From Bacteroidota bacterium (GTDB lineage: Bacteria > Bacteroidota > Bacteroidia > Chitinophagales > S012-47), in the NCBI GenBank assembly GCA_024276745.1, contig JAJRWN010000120.1, positions 1 through 57,495 on the forward strand: a stretch of DNA of 57,495 nucleotides, given 5' to 3'. The position numbers and the translations under genes were made by a program. The notes under the pieces are model-generated. The model saw nothing but the letters and a program-made list of their open reading frames with translations, was not told the DNA's origin and did not search any database. Of this stretch, positions 10,922 through 20,838 are shown piece after piece. Each line of letters begins with the position of its first letter. The first letter of the stretch is position 1.

Positions 10922-12229
10922 ATGGATTATACAGAGACTTTATCATTTTTATACCGGCAACTTCCCATGTATCAGCGCATTGGGAAGTTTGCTTTTAAAA
11001 AAGATTTGACTAATATAAGGCAGTTGTGTACCTGCATGGATAACCCACAGAATACTTTCCCCTGCATTCATATTGCAGGCACCAACGGCAAAGGATCGAT
11101 TGCCCACATGCTGGCCGCGGTATTGCAACATGCCGGATATAAAACCGGACTCTATACTTCTCCTCATCTCTTGGATTTCAGAGAAAGGATAAAAGTTGAT
11201 GGAAAGCTTATTTCAGAGGATTCAGTCATTCATTTTGTTAATCATATTCAAGAGGAAATTAAGCAACTTAAAGCCTCTTTCTTCGAATTGACCGTAGCCA
11301 TGGCTTTTAAGCATTTTTCCGATGAAAAGGTAGATGTTGCCGTGATTGAAACCGGCCTGGGAGGAAGGCTTGATTCTACAAATATCATCACACCTATTCT
11401 TAGCATTATCAGTAATATCAGTTTTGATCATACTCAAATGCTGGGCAATACTTTGATTGAAATTGCAAGAGAAAAGGCCGGTATAATCAAATACAAAGTA
11501 CCGGTCATTATTGGTGAAACACAAAAGAAAGTAGAACAAGTTTTTTTGGAGAAAGCCCGTAAAGAATCAGCTTCCATTTCTTTTGCAGATCAAAGGTTTA
11601 AGCTTAAAATAATACATCAAGAAATCGATACTACATCCTTTAAGGTCAACGATTTAAGTGGAAATAAGAATTATATCTGCACCATACATTCACGTGCACC
11701 CTACCAAATTAAAAACCTTCCTCCTGTGTTTCAGGCTGCAGAACTTTTAAGAAGTATGGGTTATCAAACAGACCGGACGGTGATGCTCGAAGCATTGCAT
11801 GATTTCAGAAAGATAAGCGGATTCCGGGGCAGATGGCAAATTTTGAGTCATCATCCCTTGCTGATTGCCGATGGAGCTCATAATATGGCCGGACTAAATA
11901 TTTCATTAAAAGCTTTTAGGGCTATTGAATCAATGAAAATGCATTTTATACTTTCCGTTGTACAGGACAAGGATTTAGATGCGATTGTTCAGCTTTTCCC
12001 AAATGATAAGTCAAAATACTACTTTTCAGCAGCAAAGATTCCCAGAGCATTAGCTGCTTCAAAATTGAAAAAAGCATTTGCTAATTCAGGTATCTACGGT
12101 TCAGTTTTTCCAAGTATTTCAGCAGCCTTGAATGCCGCCTTACATGAAGCCGGGGAAAAGGATACTATTTATGCGGGTGGAAGTATGTTTACAGTAGCAG
12201 AAGTATTGGAAAAATATCCTACCGCTTGA
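10922..12229 (+). CDS. folC: Bifunctional folylpolyglutamate synthase / dihydrofolate synthase
   Basis: 435 aa with the P-loop HIAGTNGKGS, then YTSPHL, ETGLGGRLDSTN and ADGAHN. Confidence 0.9.
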   Translation: MDYTETLSFLYRQLPMYQRIGKFAFKKDLTNIRQLCTCMDNPQNTFPCIHIAGTNGKGSIAHMLAAVLQHAGYKTGLYTSPHLLDFRERIKVDGKLISEDSVIHFVNHIQEEIKQLKASFFELTVAMAFKHFSDEKVDVAVIETGLGGRLDSTNIITPILSIISNISFDHTQMLGNTLIEIAREKAGIIKYKVPVIIGETQKKVEQVFLEKARKESASISFADQRFKLKIIHQEIDTTSFKVNDLSGNKNYICTIHSRAPYQIKNLPPVFQAAELLRSMGYQTDRTVMLEALHDFRKISGFRGRWQILSHHPLLIADGAHNMAGLNISLKAFRAIESMKMHFILSVVQDKDLDAIVQLFPNDKSKYYFSAAKIPRALAASKLKKAFANSGIYGSVFPSISAALNAALHEAGEKDTIYAGGSMFTVAEVLEKYPTA

Positions 12230-12476
12230 CCCCAAATAACTTTCGAATGGTACCCACCGGCATTTCCTGCCACAAACGTTCATGAAAATAATACAAGGCC
12301 AATTTGATAAACAACTCGAGACCGGCTACCAGTGTTGACTTTTCCATAACGTCTTCACAGTCTGACTGGCTAAATACCAGGTAGGCTAACATAAAAGTTG
12401 TTCCGGTTGCAATGGCACGCCAGGATAAAGCTTTTAAAAAACTTCTTAGCCGTGATTCTCTGATTTTATTCTCCAT
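12219..12476 (-). CDS. DUF2061-like small membrane protein
   Basis: 85 aa with KALSWRAIATGTTF and two TM helices. It converges on folC with an 11-nt overlap. Confidence 0.5.
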   Translation of the reverse strand: MENKIRESRLRSFLKALSWRAIATGTTFMLAYLVFSQSDCEDVMEKSTLVAGLELFIKLALYYFHERLWQEMPVGTIRKLFGVKR

Positions 12477-12616
12477 TATTTAATACAATTCTTGAATGTG
12501 CTAAAATAGCTGTTGTTGCAGACTTAATCGGGTATAAAAATCATCTTTGCCATTATTTAAAAATTGATTACTTAAAGCTGGAATAATCTGCATTTTTCGT
12601 TTTATCTTGCTGCCTG

Positions 12617-14002
12617 ATGTATATAGTAGTAGATATTGAAACCACCGGTGGTAAAGCAAATCAGAATGGGATTACCGAAGTAGCTGCGGTAAAAACTGAT
12701 GGGAAAAGAATAATAGACACTTTTCAAACTCTTGTAAGACCACAGGAGGAGATACCACCTTTTATTGTAAGCATGACAGGCATTACTAATGAAATGGTGG
12801 CGAATGCACCGTTGTTTGCAGATATTGCCGATGAATTATTTGCTTTTTTGAATGAAAATATTTTTGTGGCTCACAATGTTTCCTTCGATTATAATTTTAT
12901 CAAAAACCATTTTAAAGCATTGGGTATTGATTTTTCAGCCAAAAGACTTTGTACGGTAAAAATTTCCCGGAAGATTTATCCCGGATTAAATGGCTATGGA
13001 TTAGGAAAACTTTGCACACATTTTAATATTAATAATCATGCCCGGCATCGTGCTATGGGCGATGCTTATGCCACTACCCTGCTGTTTCATCAAATGCTTG
13101 CAGCAGACCATAAGGGAATGATTGAAAAAATGCTGAAAAACAAAAATGGTGAACTGAAACTACCTCCCAATATAAGCTATCGGCAGTTTCGGAAATTACC
13201 TGAAGCTACCGGAGTATATTATTTTCATGATAAGGCCGGTAAGGTGATTTATGTAGGTAAAGCTATCAATATCAAAAAACGTGTTACACAGCATTTTAAC
13301 AATGGTTTTGTGAAACGTAATCTACTGGGTTTAATGAGCCGGATTTATGAGATTAGCTATGAAATTACGGGTTCGGAGTTGGCAGCACTATTGCTCGAAT
13401 TGTCTGAAATTAAAAAATGGTGGCCTGATTTTAATAATGCTTTAAAAAAGCGCACAAAACAATATGCAATTATTCATTTTACCGACCGGAAAGGATATGA
13501 ACATTTGGCTATTGATAAACAACACGGAGCAAAATATGAATTACAATTGTTCCCTAATCTGATAACTGCCCGCCAGGCTTTAAAACGAATTGTTGCAGAA
13601 TATGCATTGTGCTATAAGTTTTGTGGTCTTGTAAATACCCAGGGTGCATGTCCGGCTTATCATCAAACCAGTTGTAAGGGTGCATGTATTGGCCGGGAAT
13701 CGATTAGCCATTATAATAAACGGGTTTATGCTGCCATGCAATCCATGCAAACGGGTTCCGAATCATTTTTCCTGATTGACCGGGGCAGACATGCTGAAGA
13801 GCAAACCGTAGTTGCGGTAGAACATGGCGAATATCTTGGATTCGGATATATCGATTCAAACGATTCTTTTGAAACAGCCGAATCGCTTAGATCGGTTATT
13901 AAAGTATTTCCCGGATATCCGGAAGCAAAAAATATTATTAATGCATATCTTCCGAAACTACCAGCAAATCGTCAGATTTTCGTGCATAACGCAACACATT
14001 AA
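12617..14002 (+). CDS. DnaQ-like 3'-5' exonuclease fused to a GIY-YIG (UvrC/Cho-like) nuclease domain
   Basis: 461 aa. It has Exo I VVDIETTG, Exo II AHNVSFDYNF and Exo III HRAMGDAYAT. These are followed by GVYYFHDKAGKVIYVGKAINIKKRVTQH (GIY-YIG) and a Cys-rich segment CYKFCGLVNTQGACPAYHQTSCKGAC. Confidence 0.8.
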   Translation: MYIVVDIETTGGKANQNGITEVAAVKTDGKRIIDTFQTLVRPQEEIPPFIVSMTGITNEMVANAPLFADIADELFAFLNENIFVAHNVSFDYNFIKNHFKALGIDFSAKRLCTVKISRKIYPGLNGYGLGKLCTHFNINNHARHRAMGDAYATTLLFHQMLAADHKGMIEKMLKNKNGELKLPPNISYRQFRKLPEATGVYYFHDKAGKVIYVGKAINIKKRVTQHFNNGFVKRNLLGLMSRIYEISYEITGSELAALLLELSEIKKWWPDFNNALKKRTKQYAIIHFTDRKGYEHLAIDKQHGAKYELQLFPNLITARQALKRIVAEYALCYKFCGLVNTQGACPAYHQTSCKGACIGRESISHYNKRVYAAMQSMQTGSESFFLIDRGRHAEEQTVVAVEHGEYLGFGYIDSNDSFETAESLRSVIKVFPGYPEAKNIINAYLPKLPANRQIFVHNATH

Positions 14003-15623
14003 GCAAGCTGTCCATTTTTTGGTCCAATAAATACGGATCGCGTCTTAGTTGCAGTTGACCCTGCTCACCCCAGGCCGTCAGGTAATACAGGAAAATCGGA
14101 ATTTTATGTTTTAAATGTACAATTTCAGGAGCGGTAGTATCCATAGCCTTTAGCAGCTTAGTGGTATCCCAATCAGGATTATCGCGCAAAACATACATGG
14201 CTAAATCAAGTGGTTTTTCGATTCTTATACATCCATGACTCAAGGCACGTTCTTCCTTGGCAAAAAGATATTTTGCATTGGTATCGTGCAAGTAAACCCA
14301 ATGGTCGTTGGGAAAAATAAATTTAATCCTGCCCAATGAATTATGCTTTCCGGGTATCTGCCTGATTTTTATCCGGTATTCAAAATCTTTAGGTTTGAAA
14401 GCACTCCAGTCTATACTGTCTTCGCTTAGGTTTTGTCCGTCAATAAATACTTGCATGTGGTGTTTTTCCAGATAATCAGGATCGCGTGATACATGTCCCC
14501 ATATTTCTTTTACAGCAATGCTTTTGGGTATATTCCAAAAAGGACTCATCACGAGATATTGCATGGTATCGCTGAATACGGGCGTTTGGTTTTTATACTT
14601 TCCAATGATACAGTTCATGCTGAATATTTCCTGATTTCCATGCATTATTTTGATTTTATAATCGGGTAAATTAACCAGGATATAATCATCCTCCGGAAAT
14701 ACCGATGGCATCCATTTAATTCGTTCTAAATTTTTAAATATCTTTTCTTTGACCGAATCGGGAGAAAGATTTAAAAAATGCATGGTTCTGAATCCGATAG
14801 TCCCATCACTTTTCAAGCCCCGGTTTTTTTGAAAATCTTTTACCGCATCCACCAAGCTTTCATCGAAATATTCGGGTTTGTGCGAAAGGAGCAGTTTGGC
14901 ACCATCAGACAGCAACATGGCAAGTCTTATTCTGATTTGTTTTATCCTTTTATCTTCAATGCCCGGTTCTAATTTGCTTTCAATTTGTATAGGTTCGAAG
15001 CGGATATTTTTACTCAAACGGGAATAATAATCGAGTGCATTGATTAAAACCCCATATCCAAGAATATCAGGATTCAGCGATTCAAAAGATTCGAAACGAT
15101 GTTGCTTGAATTGTTGGCAAATCCAGCCGCTTACATCAATAGAATCAGGCTTAATCTCCCATCGGAAAGGTTCTATCTGTCCCTTCGCTTCAAAATGGGC
15201 TAATGCATAAGCAAGGCGAGTGAGTTTAATATCGAGATTCCAAAGATCATGATCTGATATTACCTGTGCATATTCTTCATTTAAAGCTGGCATACCTCCA
15301 AGGACAAGCTTCTGAAATACTTCAGGGTAAATCCAGGATTGCCGGATTGCTTTTTTGCATGTATTTAGCAGAAACTGTGCATAATCGATTATTTGTCCGT
15401 TGCGATCAAACCAAAGTAAATGTCGTTCAGTGCAGGCATAAATGGTATCGATATGTTGAGGTAGAATAATGTTTCCGGGCATCCGGGTATAAGCAGCCGC
15501 AATATTTTCATAGGTAAAGGTTTTCATACTGTCTTTTACCGGCTCTGTTCCTGAAACACTATGCGTAGTGCAAGCAAGCAGATACATGCAATTACCCAGA
15601 AGAAAAATCAAATGCTTAGCCAC
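13938..15623 (-). CDS. L,D-transpeptidase family (YcbB-like) lipoprotein with a peptidoglycan-binding domain
   Basis: 561 aa with a GTG start and lipobox LLAC. It has a PG_binding_1-like segment VKDFQKNRGLKSDGTIG and the YkuD catalytic motif YLHDT...ALSHGCIRI. Confidence 0.85.
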   Translation of the reverse strand: MAKHLIFLLGNCMYLLACTTHSVSGTEPVKDSMKTFTYENIAAAYTRMPGNIILPQHIDTIYACTERHLLWFDRNGQIIDYAQFLLNTCKKAIRQSWIYPEVFQKLVLGGMPALNEEYAQVISDHDLWNLDIKLTRLAYALAHFEAKGQIEPFRWEIKPDSIDVSGWICQQFKQHRFESFESLNPDILGYGVLINALDYYSRLSKNIRFEPIQIESKLEPGIEDKRIKQIRIRLAMLLSDGAKLLLSHKPEYFDESLVDAVKDFQKNRGLKSDGTIGFRTMHFLNLSPDSVKEKIFKNLERIKWMPSVFPEDDYILVNLPDYKIKIMHGNQEIFSMNCIIGKYKNQTPVFSDTMQYLVMSPFWNIPKSIAVKEIWGHVSRDPDYLEKHHMQVFIDGQNLSEDSIDWSAFKPKDFEYRIKIRQIPGKHNSLGRIKFIFPNDHWVYLHDTNAKYLFAKEERALSHGCIRIEKPLDLAMYVLRDNPDWDTTKLLKAMDTTAPEIVHLKHKIPIFLYYLTAWGEQGQLQLRRDPYLLDQKMDSLLNVLRYARKSDDLLVVSEDMH

Positions 15624-15754
15624 CAGGATTCATTTTGTAAAGATTAAATAAATATAGACAGTTTAGACGAATTAAATCTGTATCGTTTTTTCAACATTAT
15701 AAAAACGAAAAAAAACCCGGAGGAAATCGTTGAGATATCCTTATTTTCGCAGCC

Positions 15755-15841
15755 GGAGGAATGGCCGAGTGGTTGAAGGCACCGGTCTTGAAAACCGGCA
15801 GGCGGGCAACCGTCTCGGGGGTTCGAATCCCTCTTCCTCCG
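15755..15841 (+). tRNA. tRNA-Ser (anticodon UGA)
   Basis: Acceptor stem GGAGGAA/TTCCTCC, D-loop GCCGAGTGGTTGAAGGC, anticodon stem-loop CCGGT-CTTGAAA-ACCGG (anticodon TGA), long variable arm, TTCGAAT T-loop and discriminator G. No CCA is encoded. Confidence 0.9.
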
Positions 15842-15850
15842 CATATTCTA

Positions 15851-15885
15851 AAAAATGGCTGCTTTTGAAGCAGCCATTTTTTTGC
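15851..15885 (+). terminator. Intrinsic terminator after tRNA-Ser
   Basis: Stem atggctgc/gcagccat (8 bp) with a 7-nt loop, flanked by an A-run and a T-run (aaaaatggctgcttttgaagcagccattttttt). Confidence 0.7.
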
Positions 15886-16125
15886 CCACAAAGCGCTTTT
15901 ACTACAGCTTCCGGTATTCTTATTTTTTTTTATTTCCTGATATGGGCATCCTTAGAGATGACAGCATTAATGGTCGTCTTATAATGATAAATGAAGTGGA
16001 ATGCCTGCTTTTTTACTGCATTTAAGTCCTGAAAAACAAGCTTTAAAAGTGATTCATTTTATTAATCCTGTCTTAAAACTTGAAAATCAATACAATCTAA
16101 TAACAAAGAGCCCGGATAATAACAC

Positions 16126-16133
16126 TACCTTTG
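16126..16133 (+). promoter_or_regulatory. Bacteroidota-type -7 box (TACCTTTG) for the DEAD-box helicase
   Basis: Matches TAnnTTTG, 26 nt upstream of the ATG at 16159. Confidence 0.5.
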
Positions 16134-16158
16134 CACATTATTTTTTATAAAAGTATAT

Positions 16159-17949
16159 ATGATTACATTTGAAGAAAGTGGCTTAGAGGAAGGATTATTA
16201 AAAGCAGTAAAAGAGCTTGGTTTTGAAAAACCAACACCGATACAGGAAAAGACAATACCACATTTATTAAAGTCTAAGCAAGATTTAATTGCGCTGGCAC
16301 AAACCGGAACCGGAAAAACAGCAGCATTTGGATTACCGGCTATCCAGCTGAGTAATTTAAGCATTAAGCATACACAAACCATTATTCTCTGCCCTACGCG
16401 TGAACTGTGTTTACAGATATGCAACGATTTAAAAGCCTATGCCAAATACACTAAGGGAATAGGAATAGTAGCCGTTTATGGTGGAGCAGCCATACAACCT
16501 CAAATCAAAGCCTTGAACAAAGGGGCACAGATTGTAGTAGGAACTCCCGGCCGGACGATGGATTTGATAAAACGCAAGAAATTATTGCTTGATCAGGTAA
16601 ACAGCGTAGTGCTCGATGAAGCCGATGAAATGCTGAGTATGGGTTTTAAGGAAGACCTTGATTCCATACTGGCTGAGACACCGGCAGATAAACAAACCTT
16701 ACTGTTTTCGGCAACCATGTCGAAACCAATCAGGAATATCACCAGAAAATACATGAATAATGCGGTTGAACTGGCTGCTGAACGGGTGAATATGGGAGCC
16801 GATAATGTATCACATTATTATTATATGGTTCATGCAAGAGACCGCTACGAGGTATTGAAACGGATTGCAGATATGAATCCGGATATCTACGGCATTGTGT
16901 TTTGCCGTACCCGTAGGGAAACCAAGGAAATAGCCAATAAATTGATGCAAGACGGCTATAATGCCGATGCACTGCATGGCGATTTATCTCAGGCTCAGCG
17001 CGATGAAGTGATGGGGCGTTTCAGAAAAAATCAATTACAATTGCTTATTGCTACCGATGTAGCCGCACGCGGGTTAGATGTGAACGACCTGACGCATATC
17101 ATTAATTATAATCTGCCTGACGATAATGAAGTATATGTGCACCGGAGTGGCAGAACCGGAAGAGCCGGTAAAAGTGGCCGTTCCATTGTAATTGTTCACT
17201 CCAGAGAAAAGGGCAGAATCAGAGATATTGAAAAAAAGTTTAAAATTCAATTTACCAAAGAACTTGTACCCTCGGGTAGCGATATCTGTAATAAACAACT
17301 CTTAGCCCTGATTGATAAAATTGAAAAGGTAAAAGTGAATGATCAGCAAATCGAACCATTCTTACCCGTTATTTACGAAAAACTGGCCTTGATGAGCAAA
17401 GAAGAAGTGATTAAACATTTTGTCTCAACAGAATTTAACCGTTTTTTCGAGTATTATAAAAATGCCAGAGATATCAATATATCTGAGCAAAACAGATCTG
17501 ATGCTAACGATAAATACGGTCGTAAAGAAAGACGGAATAGAAATACAGAAAGAGGAAGAAGCAATGAAAATCGAATTCCTTTAACACGACTTTTTATTAA
17601 TATTGGAAGTAAGAATAAATTATCACCACTGAGGCTTATCGGGCTTATTAACGAAAGCCTGAAATCAGGAAATGCCGAAATTGGTAAAATTGAAATTCTG
17701 AAAACATTTTCCTTTTTTGAAATCGACAGTTCCTGTGAATCAAAATTAATCGATGCCTTGAACAATAAAGAATTTGAAGGTATTTCCATGCAGGTCGAAG
17801 TTTCGAAAGAAAAACCGGCTTTTCCCACTTTTTCAAAAAAGAAAAAATCTAATTCCCATTCTTTTGATAATCACCAAAATAGACGAAAAGGCGATAGTGA
17901 TAAGCGTGAAAATCGTGGAGGAAAACGCAGGAATCGAAAAAAATGGTAG
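16159..17949 (+). CDS. deaD: DEAD-box ATP-dependent RNA helicase (DeaD/CsdA-like) with a DbpA-type C-terminal RNA-binding domain and basic tail
   Basis: 596 aa with Q-motif FEKPTPIQ, then AQTGTGKT, PTRELC, DEAD, SAT and HRSGRTGRAG. The C-terminus is R/K/N-rich. Confidence 0.92.
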   Translation: MITFEESGLEEGLLKAVKELGFEKPTPIQEKTIPHLLKSKQDLIALAQTGTGKTAAFGLPAIQLSNLSIKHTQTIILCPTRELCLQICNDLKAYAKYTKGIGIVAVYGGAAIQPQIKALNKGAQIVVGTPGRTMDLIKRKKLLLDQVNSVVLDEADEMLSMGFKEDLDSILAETPADKQTLLFSATMSKPIRNITRKYMNNAVELAAERVNMGADNVSHYYYMVHARDRYEVLKRIADMNPDIYGIVFCRTRRETKEIANKLMQDGYNADALHGDLSQAQRDEVMGRFRKNQLQLLIATDVAARGLDVNDLTHIINYNLPDDNEVYVHRSGRTGRAGKSGRSIVIVHSREKGRIRDIEKKFKIQFTKELVPSGSDICNKQLLALIDKIEKVKVNDQQIEPFLPVIYEKLALMSKEEVIKHFVSTEFNRFFEYYKNARDINISEQNRSDANDKYGRKERRNRNTERGRSNENRIPLTRLFINIGSKNKLSPLRLIGLINESLKSGNAEIGKIEILKTFSFFEIDSSCESKLIDALNNKEFEGISMQVEVSKEKPAFPTFSKKKKSNSHSFDNHQNRRKGDSDKRENRGGKRRNRKKW

Positions 17950-18091
17950 ATAAAATCAAGCCTTTAAAAGAATAGAAAGTATCTTTACAATTTGATTAAT
18001 TATCCGGATTAAAGTGTGCGATTGTCAACTTAAGAAACCGGAGGATTAACCAATACGTTATAGCATTAGAAAAAGAGAATTACAAAAAAAT

Positions 18092-19900
18092 ATGTTAAAA
18101 GCACATACATTTCACATACCTGTAATGGGAATTGGGTTTACGGTTGATACTGCCTTAAGAGTATCGCCTTATGGAATTGACTCGGTTATTTCACTTGTTG
18201 ACGACATGCTTCTTGAAAAATTAAGAAAAATGTACTGCGAAAAATTTCAACTCCCCTATCAGGAAATATCCGATAAAATTGAAGATTTCAGAGCTAAGAG
18301 AATCACTTCCTACTTAAACCTGATAAAAGCGCTAGCAGAAAAGAAATTTGAAGAATTGAAAATTGTGACTCAGGAAAAAAGTCACGAAATAAAAGAATAT
18401 TTCAACCTTTTGCCCGAATCCTCATCATTGAAACAAGAATTCAGCAAATTGACTGCGGTAAGTTTCGATTTACATAAAATTGGTCAATGGATTAGTGATA
18501 AATTATCTATGGGAAGTATTGATGTAAACATCATGACTAAGCTGGATAAAGAAAATTACAAACAAGGCGAAAAATTAGATATTCAATATAATGATGCTTT
18601 TGCAGCAGTCAGAGGATTTGCATTAAGCGATTTAAAATCATCATTGGTATTATCGGCTGGTATGAGTCCCAGACTGTACGGCTATATGGAAGCATTTGAA
18701 GACTTCTATCCGGATGAAAAAGGAAATATAAAAAAGAAGATTGTGCTGAAAGTAAGTGATTACAGGTCAGCTTTCATACAAGGTCGGTTTTTTGCCAAAA
18801 AAGGTCTATGGGTATCTGAATACCGGATTGAATCAGGACTTAATTGCGGAGGTCATGCTTTCGCAACCGATGGCTTTTTAATGGGACCAATCTTACATGA
18901 ATTTAAAGAAAAACGCAAAGACCTGGCCAATGCTATCTTTACAATTCTCAAACAGGCCTTAGCCGATAAGGATAAAGTGGTTCCGGAAGAAATCTTACCT
19001 ATTAAAATTACAGCTCAGGGAGGTGTCGGTACTGCCGAAGAACATCAGTTTTTATTAGATCATTATGATGTAGATTCTGTGGGCTGGGCAACTCCGTTTT
19101 TATTGGTGCCTGAAGTCACCAATGTAGATGAACAAACCAGGCAACAACTATGCGAGGCGAAAGAAAAAGACTTGTATTTGAGCAATATTTCACCTTTGGG
19201 TATTCCTTTCAACAGTTTGAAAGGCAACAGCAAAGATTTGATTAAGTTATCTAAAATTGCCAAAGGCCGGCCGGGTAGCCCATGTCCTAAAAAATATCTG
19301 GTTTCCAATAAAGAATTTACCGAAAAAAGTATTTGTACGGCTTCCAGACAATACCAAAAACTGAAAATAGATTTGCTTGAACAGGAAAATCTGGATTCTG
19401 AAGCATATCATGCCGAATATGAAAAAATTGTAGATAAATCGTGTATTTGTGTCGGATTAGGAACCAGTGCTTTATTGGTGAATAAACTCGACACCAAAAC
19501 AGAAGATAGCGGAGTTTCGGTATGTCCGGGGCCGAATATGGCCTATTTTTCTAAAATCATGCATCTCAAAGAGCTTGTTGATCATATTTACGGAAGGACA
19601 AACGTCATCGAAAGAATCGACCGTCCCAACATGTTTGTTAAAGAAATAGACGTTTATATTAAATATCTGAAAGATAGGATTGAAGAAGTTAAGCAGGATA
19701 TGACGGCCAAGCAGGAAAAGTATTTCCTTACTTTTATCGAAAACCTGAATAACGGTATTAGCTATTACACTGAATTGTTTAGCAATTTGAAAGACCGTTT
19801 TGCAGATGCAAAAGAAGGAATACTTAAAAAACTGGCATTATACAGGCAACAGTTGCAGCAATTATCTTCCTCATTAATTCAAACCGAAGCCCATTCCTGA
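18092..19900 (+). CDS. Hypothetical protein, possibly a TIM-barrel flavoenzyme-like core with a Cys-rich insert
   Basis: A 602-aa clean ORF with no signal peptide. It has an N-terminal FHIPVMGIGFTVDT...GIDSVISL, a central ESGLNCGGHAF, then ITAQGGVGTAEEHQFLLDHYDVDSVGWATPFLLVPE. A later Cys set is GSPCP...SICT...SCICVGLG...VSVCPGPN. No confident family assignment is possible by eye. Confidence 0.35.
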   Translation: MLKAHTFHIPVMGIGFTVDTALRVSPYGIDSVISLVDDMLLEKLRKMYCEKFQLPYQEISDKIEDFRAKRITSYLNLIKALAEKKFEELKIVTQEKSHEIKEYFNLLPESSSLKQEFSKLTAVSFDLHKIGQWISDKLSMGSIDVNIMTKLDKENYKQGEKLDIQYNDAFAAVRGFALSDLKSSLVLSAGMSPRLYGYMEAFEDFYPDEKGNIKKKIVLKVSDYRSAFIQGRFFAKKGLWVSEYRIESGLNCGGHAFATDGFLMGPILHEFKEKRKDLANAIFTILKQALADKDKVVPEEILPIKITAQGGVGTAEEHQFLLDHYDVDSVGWATPFLLVPEVTNVDEQTRQQLCEAKEKDLYLSNISPLGIPFNSLKGNSKDLIKLSKIAKGRPGSPCPKKYLVSNKEFTEKSICTASRQYQKLKIDLLEQENLDSEAYHAEYEKIVDKSCICVGLGTSALLVNKLDTKTEDSGVSVCPGPNMAYFSKIMHLKELVDHIYGRTNVIERIDRPNMFVKEIDVYIKYLKDRIEEVKQDMTAKQEKYFLTFIENLNNGISYYTELFSNLKDRFADAKEGILKKLALYRQQLQQLSSSLIQTEAHS

Positions 19901-19939
19901 TAACAAGGAGGAGCCCTATTTGCCCTTATCCTCTTTCAA

Positions 19940-20836
19940 TTATAAATTAAGCATAGCATATGCAATATTATACCCGGCAAATATGCCAAAACCTTTCGAC
20001 ACATTATTGTAAACAATAACCGGTTCGGCAAAAGGATTGCTGCCCGTATTGATTTGCAAATCGCGGGTAAGGCTATAATTAAAATAAGACTTACTGATAC
20101 TGCTCAACACAATAAAAATAGCGTCAACATCATACAAATCAAACGCATTGACTTTAAAACTGAATTGATGATTATTGCCGTCAATCAAATCATCGGAGAA
20201 ATAAATACGTTCGCAAATGCTGTTATCACCAATGCCTACCTGAATCCAGTTGTTTCCTGAATTAAGTACAGGATCGTTTGATTGATAACATAAATTCCAA
20301 ACAAATGGATTGCCACCACCCTGTGAAGAAGAATAAGCCAGTAAATTAATACTGTAATAATTTGGACCGCCCGGATCGTCTATATCAAATTTAAGTTCAC
20401 TGAGAGTATCTCCTTCGGGAGTAATGCTGATATTTTTATTAATTACAAAATTATTTACAGCTACATAAGCAGGAATAGTATCGATTGCGCTTGCTGTATC
20501 TTTGATTGATAAATCCGATACTTCAATACTATAAGCATCCCCTGCTGTCGGTTTATGCTGGTTTGAATAAAAATAACCCCGGTTCGAATCAAAAGAGAGT
20601 TGTTGCTCGAACTGACCGTTTTTTAATATCCTTACGGTAGCATTGCTTAAAGGAGAAAACTGATATGCCGTATCGTACATGGCCCGGCTTTTCACCACTT
20701 CCACCCGCCATGCCGAATCCGGAGCAAAAAATGCATTGATAACGGCTTTAGGTTCTTGTTCTGGAAGGTCGATTACTACGGTTAGTTCGCAAGCAACGAG
20801 GAATAAAGGAAATATGATGAATAATAATTTTTTCAT
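19940..20836 (-). CDS. DUF4249-family lipoprotein, partner of the upstream TonB-dependent receptor
   Basis: 298 aa with lipobox LFLVAC. It lies 2 nt downstream of the receptor gene, and its size and position are typical of DUF4249. Confidence 0.55.
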   Translation of the reverse strand: MKKLLFIIFPLFLVACELTVVIDLPEQEPKAVINAFFAPDSAWRVEVVKSRAMYDTAYQFSPLSNATVRILKNGQFEQQLSFDSNRGYFYSNQHKPTAGDAYSIEVSDLSIKDTASAIDTIPAYVAVNNFVINKNISITPEGDTLSELKFDIDDPGGPNYYSINLLAYSSSQGGGNPFVWNLCYQSNDPVLNSGNNWIQVGIGDNSICERIYFSDDLIDGNNHQFSFKVNAFDLYDVDAIFIVLSSISKSYFNYSLTRDLQINTGSNPFAEPVIVYNNVSKGFGIFAGYNIAYAMLNL

Positions 20837-20838
20837 AG

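Noticed and set aside
15644-15984. Three 64-84-aa ORFs (both strands) around 15.7-15.9 kb
   Set aside because: They overlap the tRNA-Ser gene and its terminator. Their peptides are translations of tRNA sequence.
15624-16158. tRNA-Ser as a possible genomic-island integration site
   Set aside because: No integrase, direct repeat of the tRNA 3' end or foreign-looking genes flank it. The neighbours are housekeeping genes.
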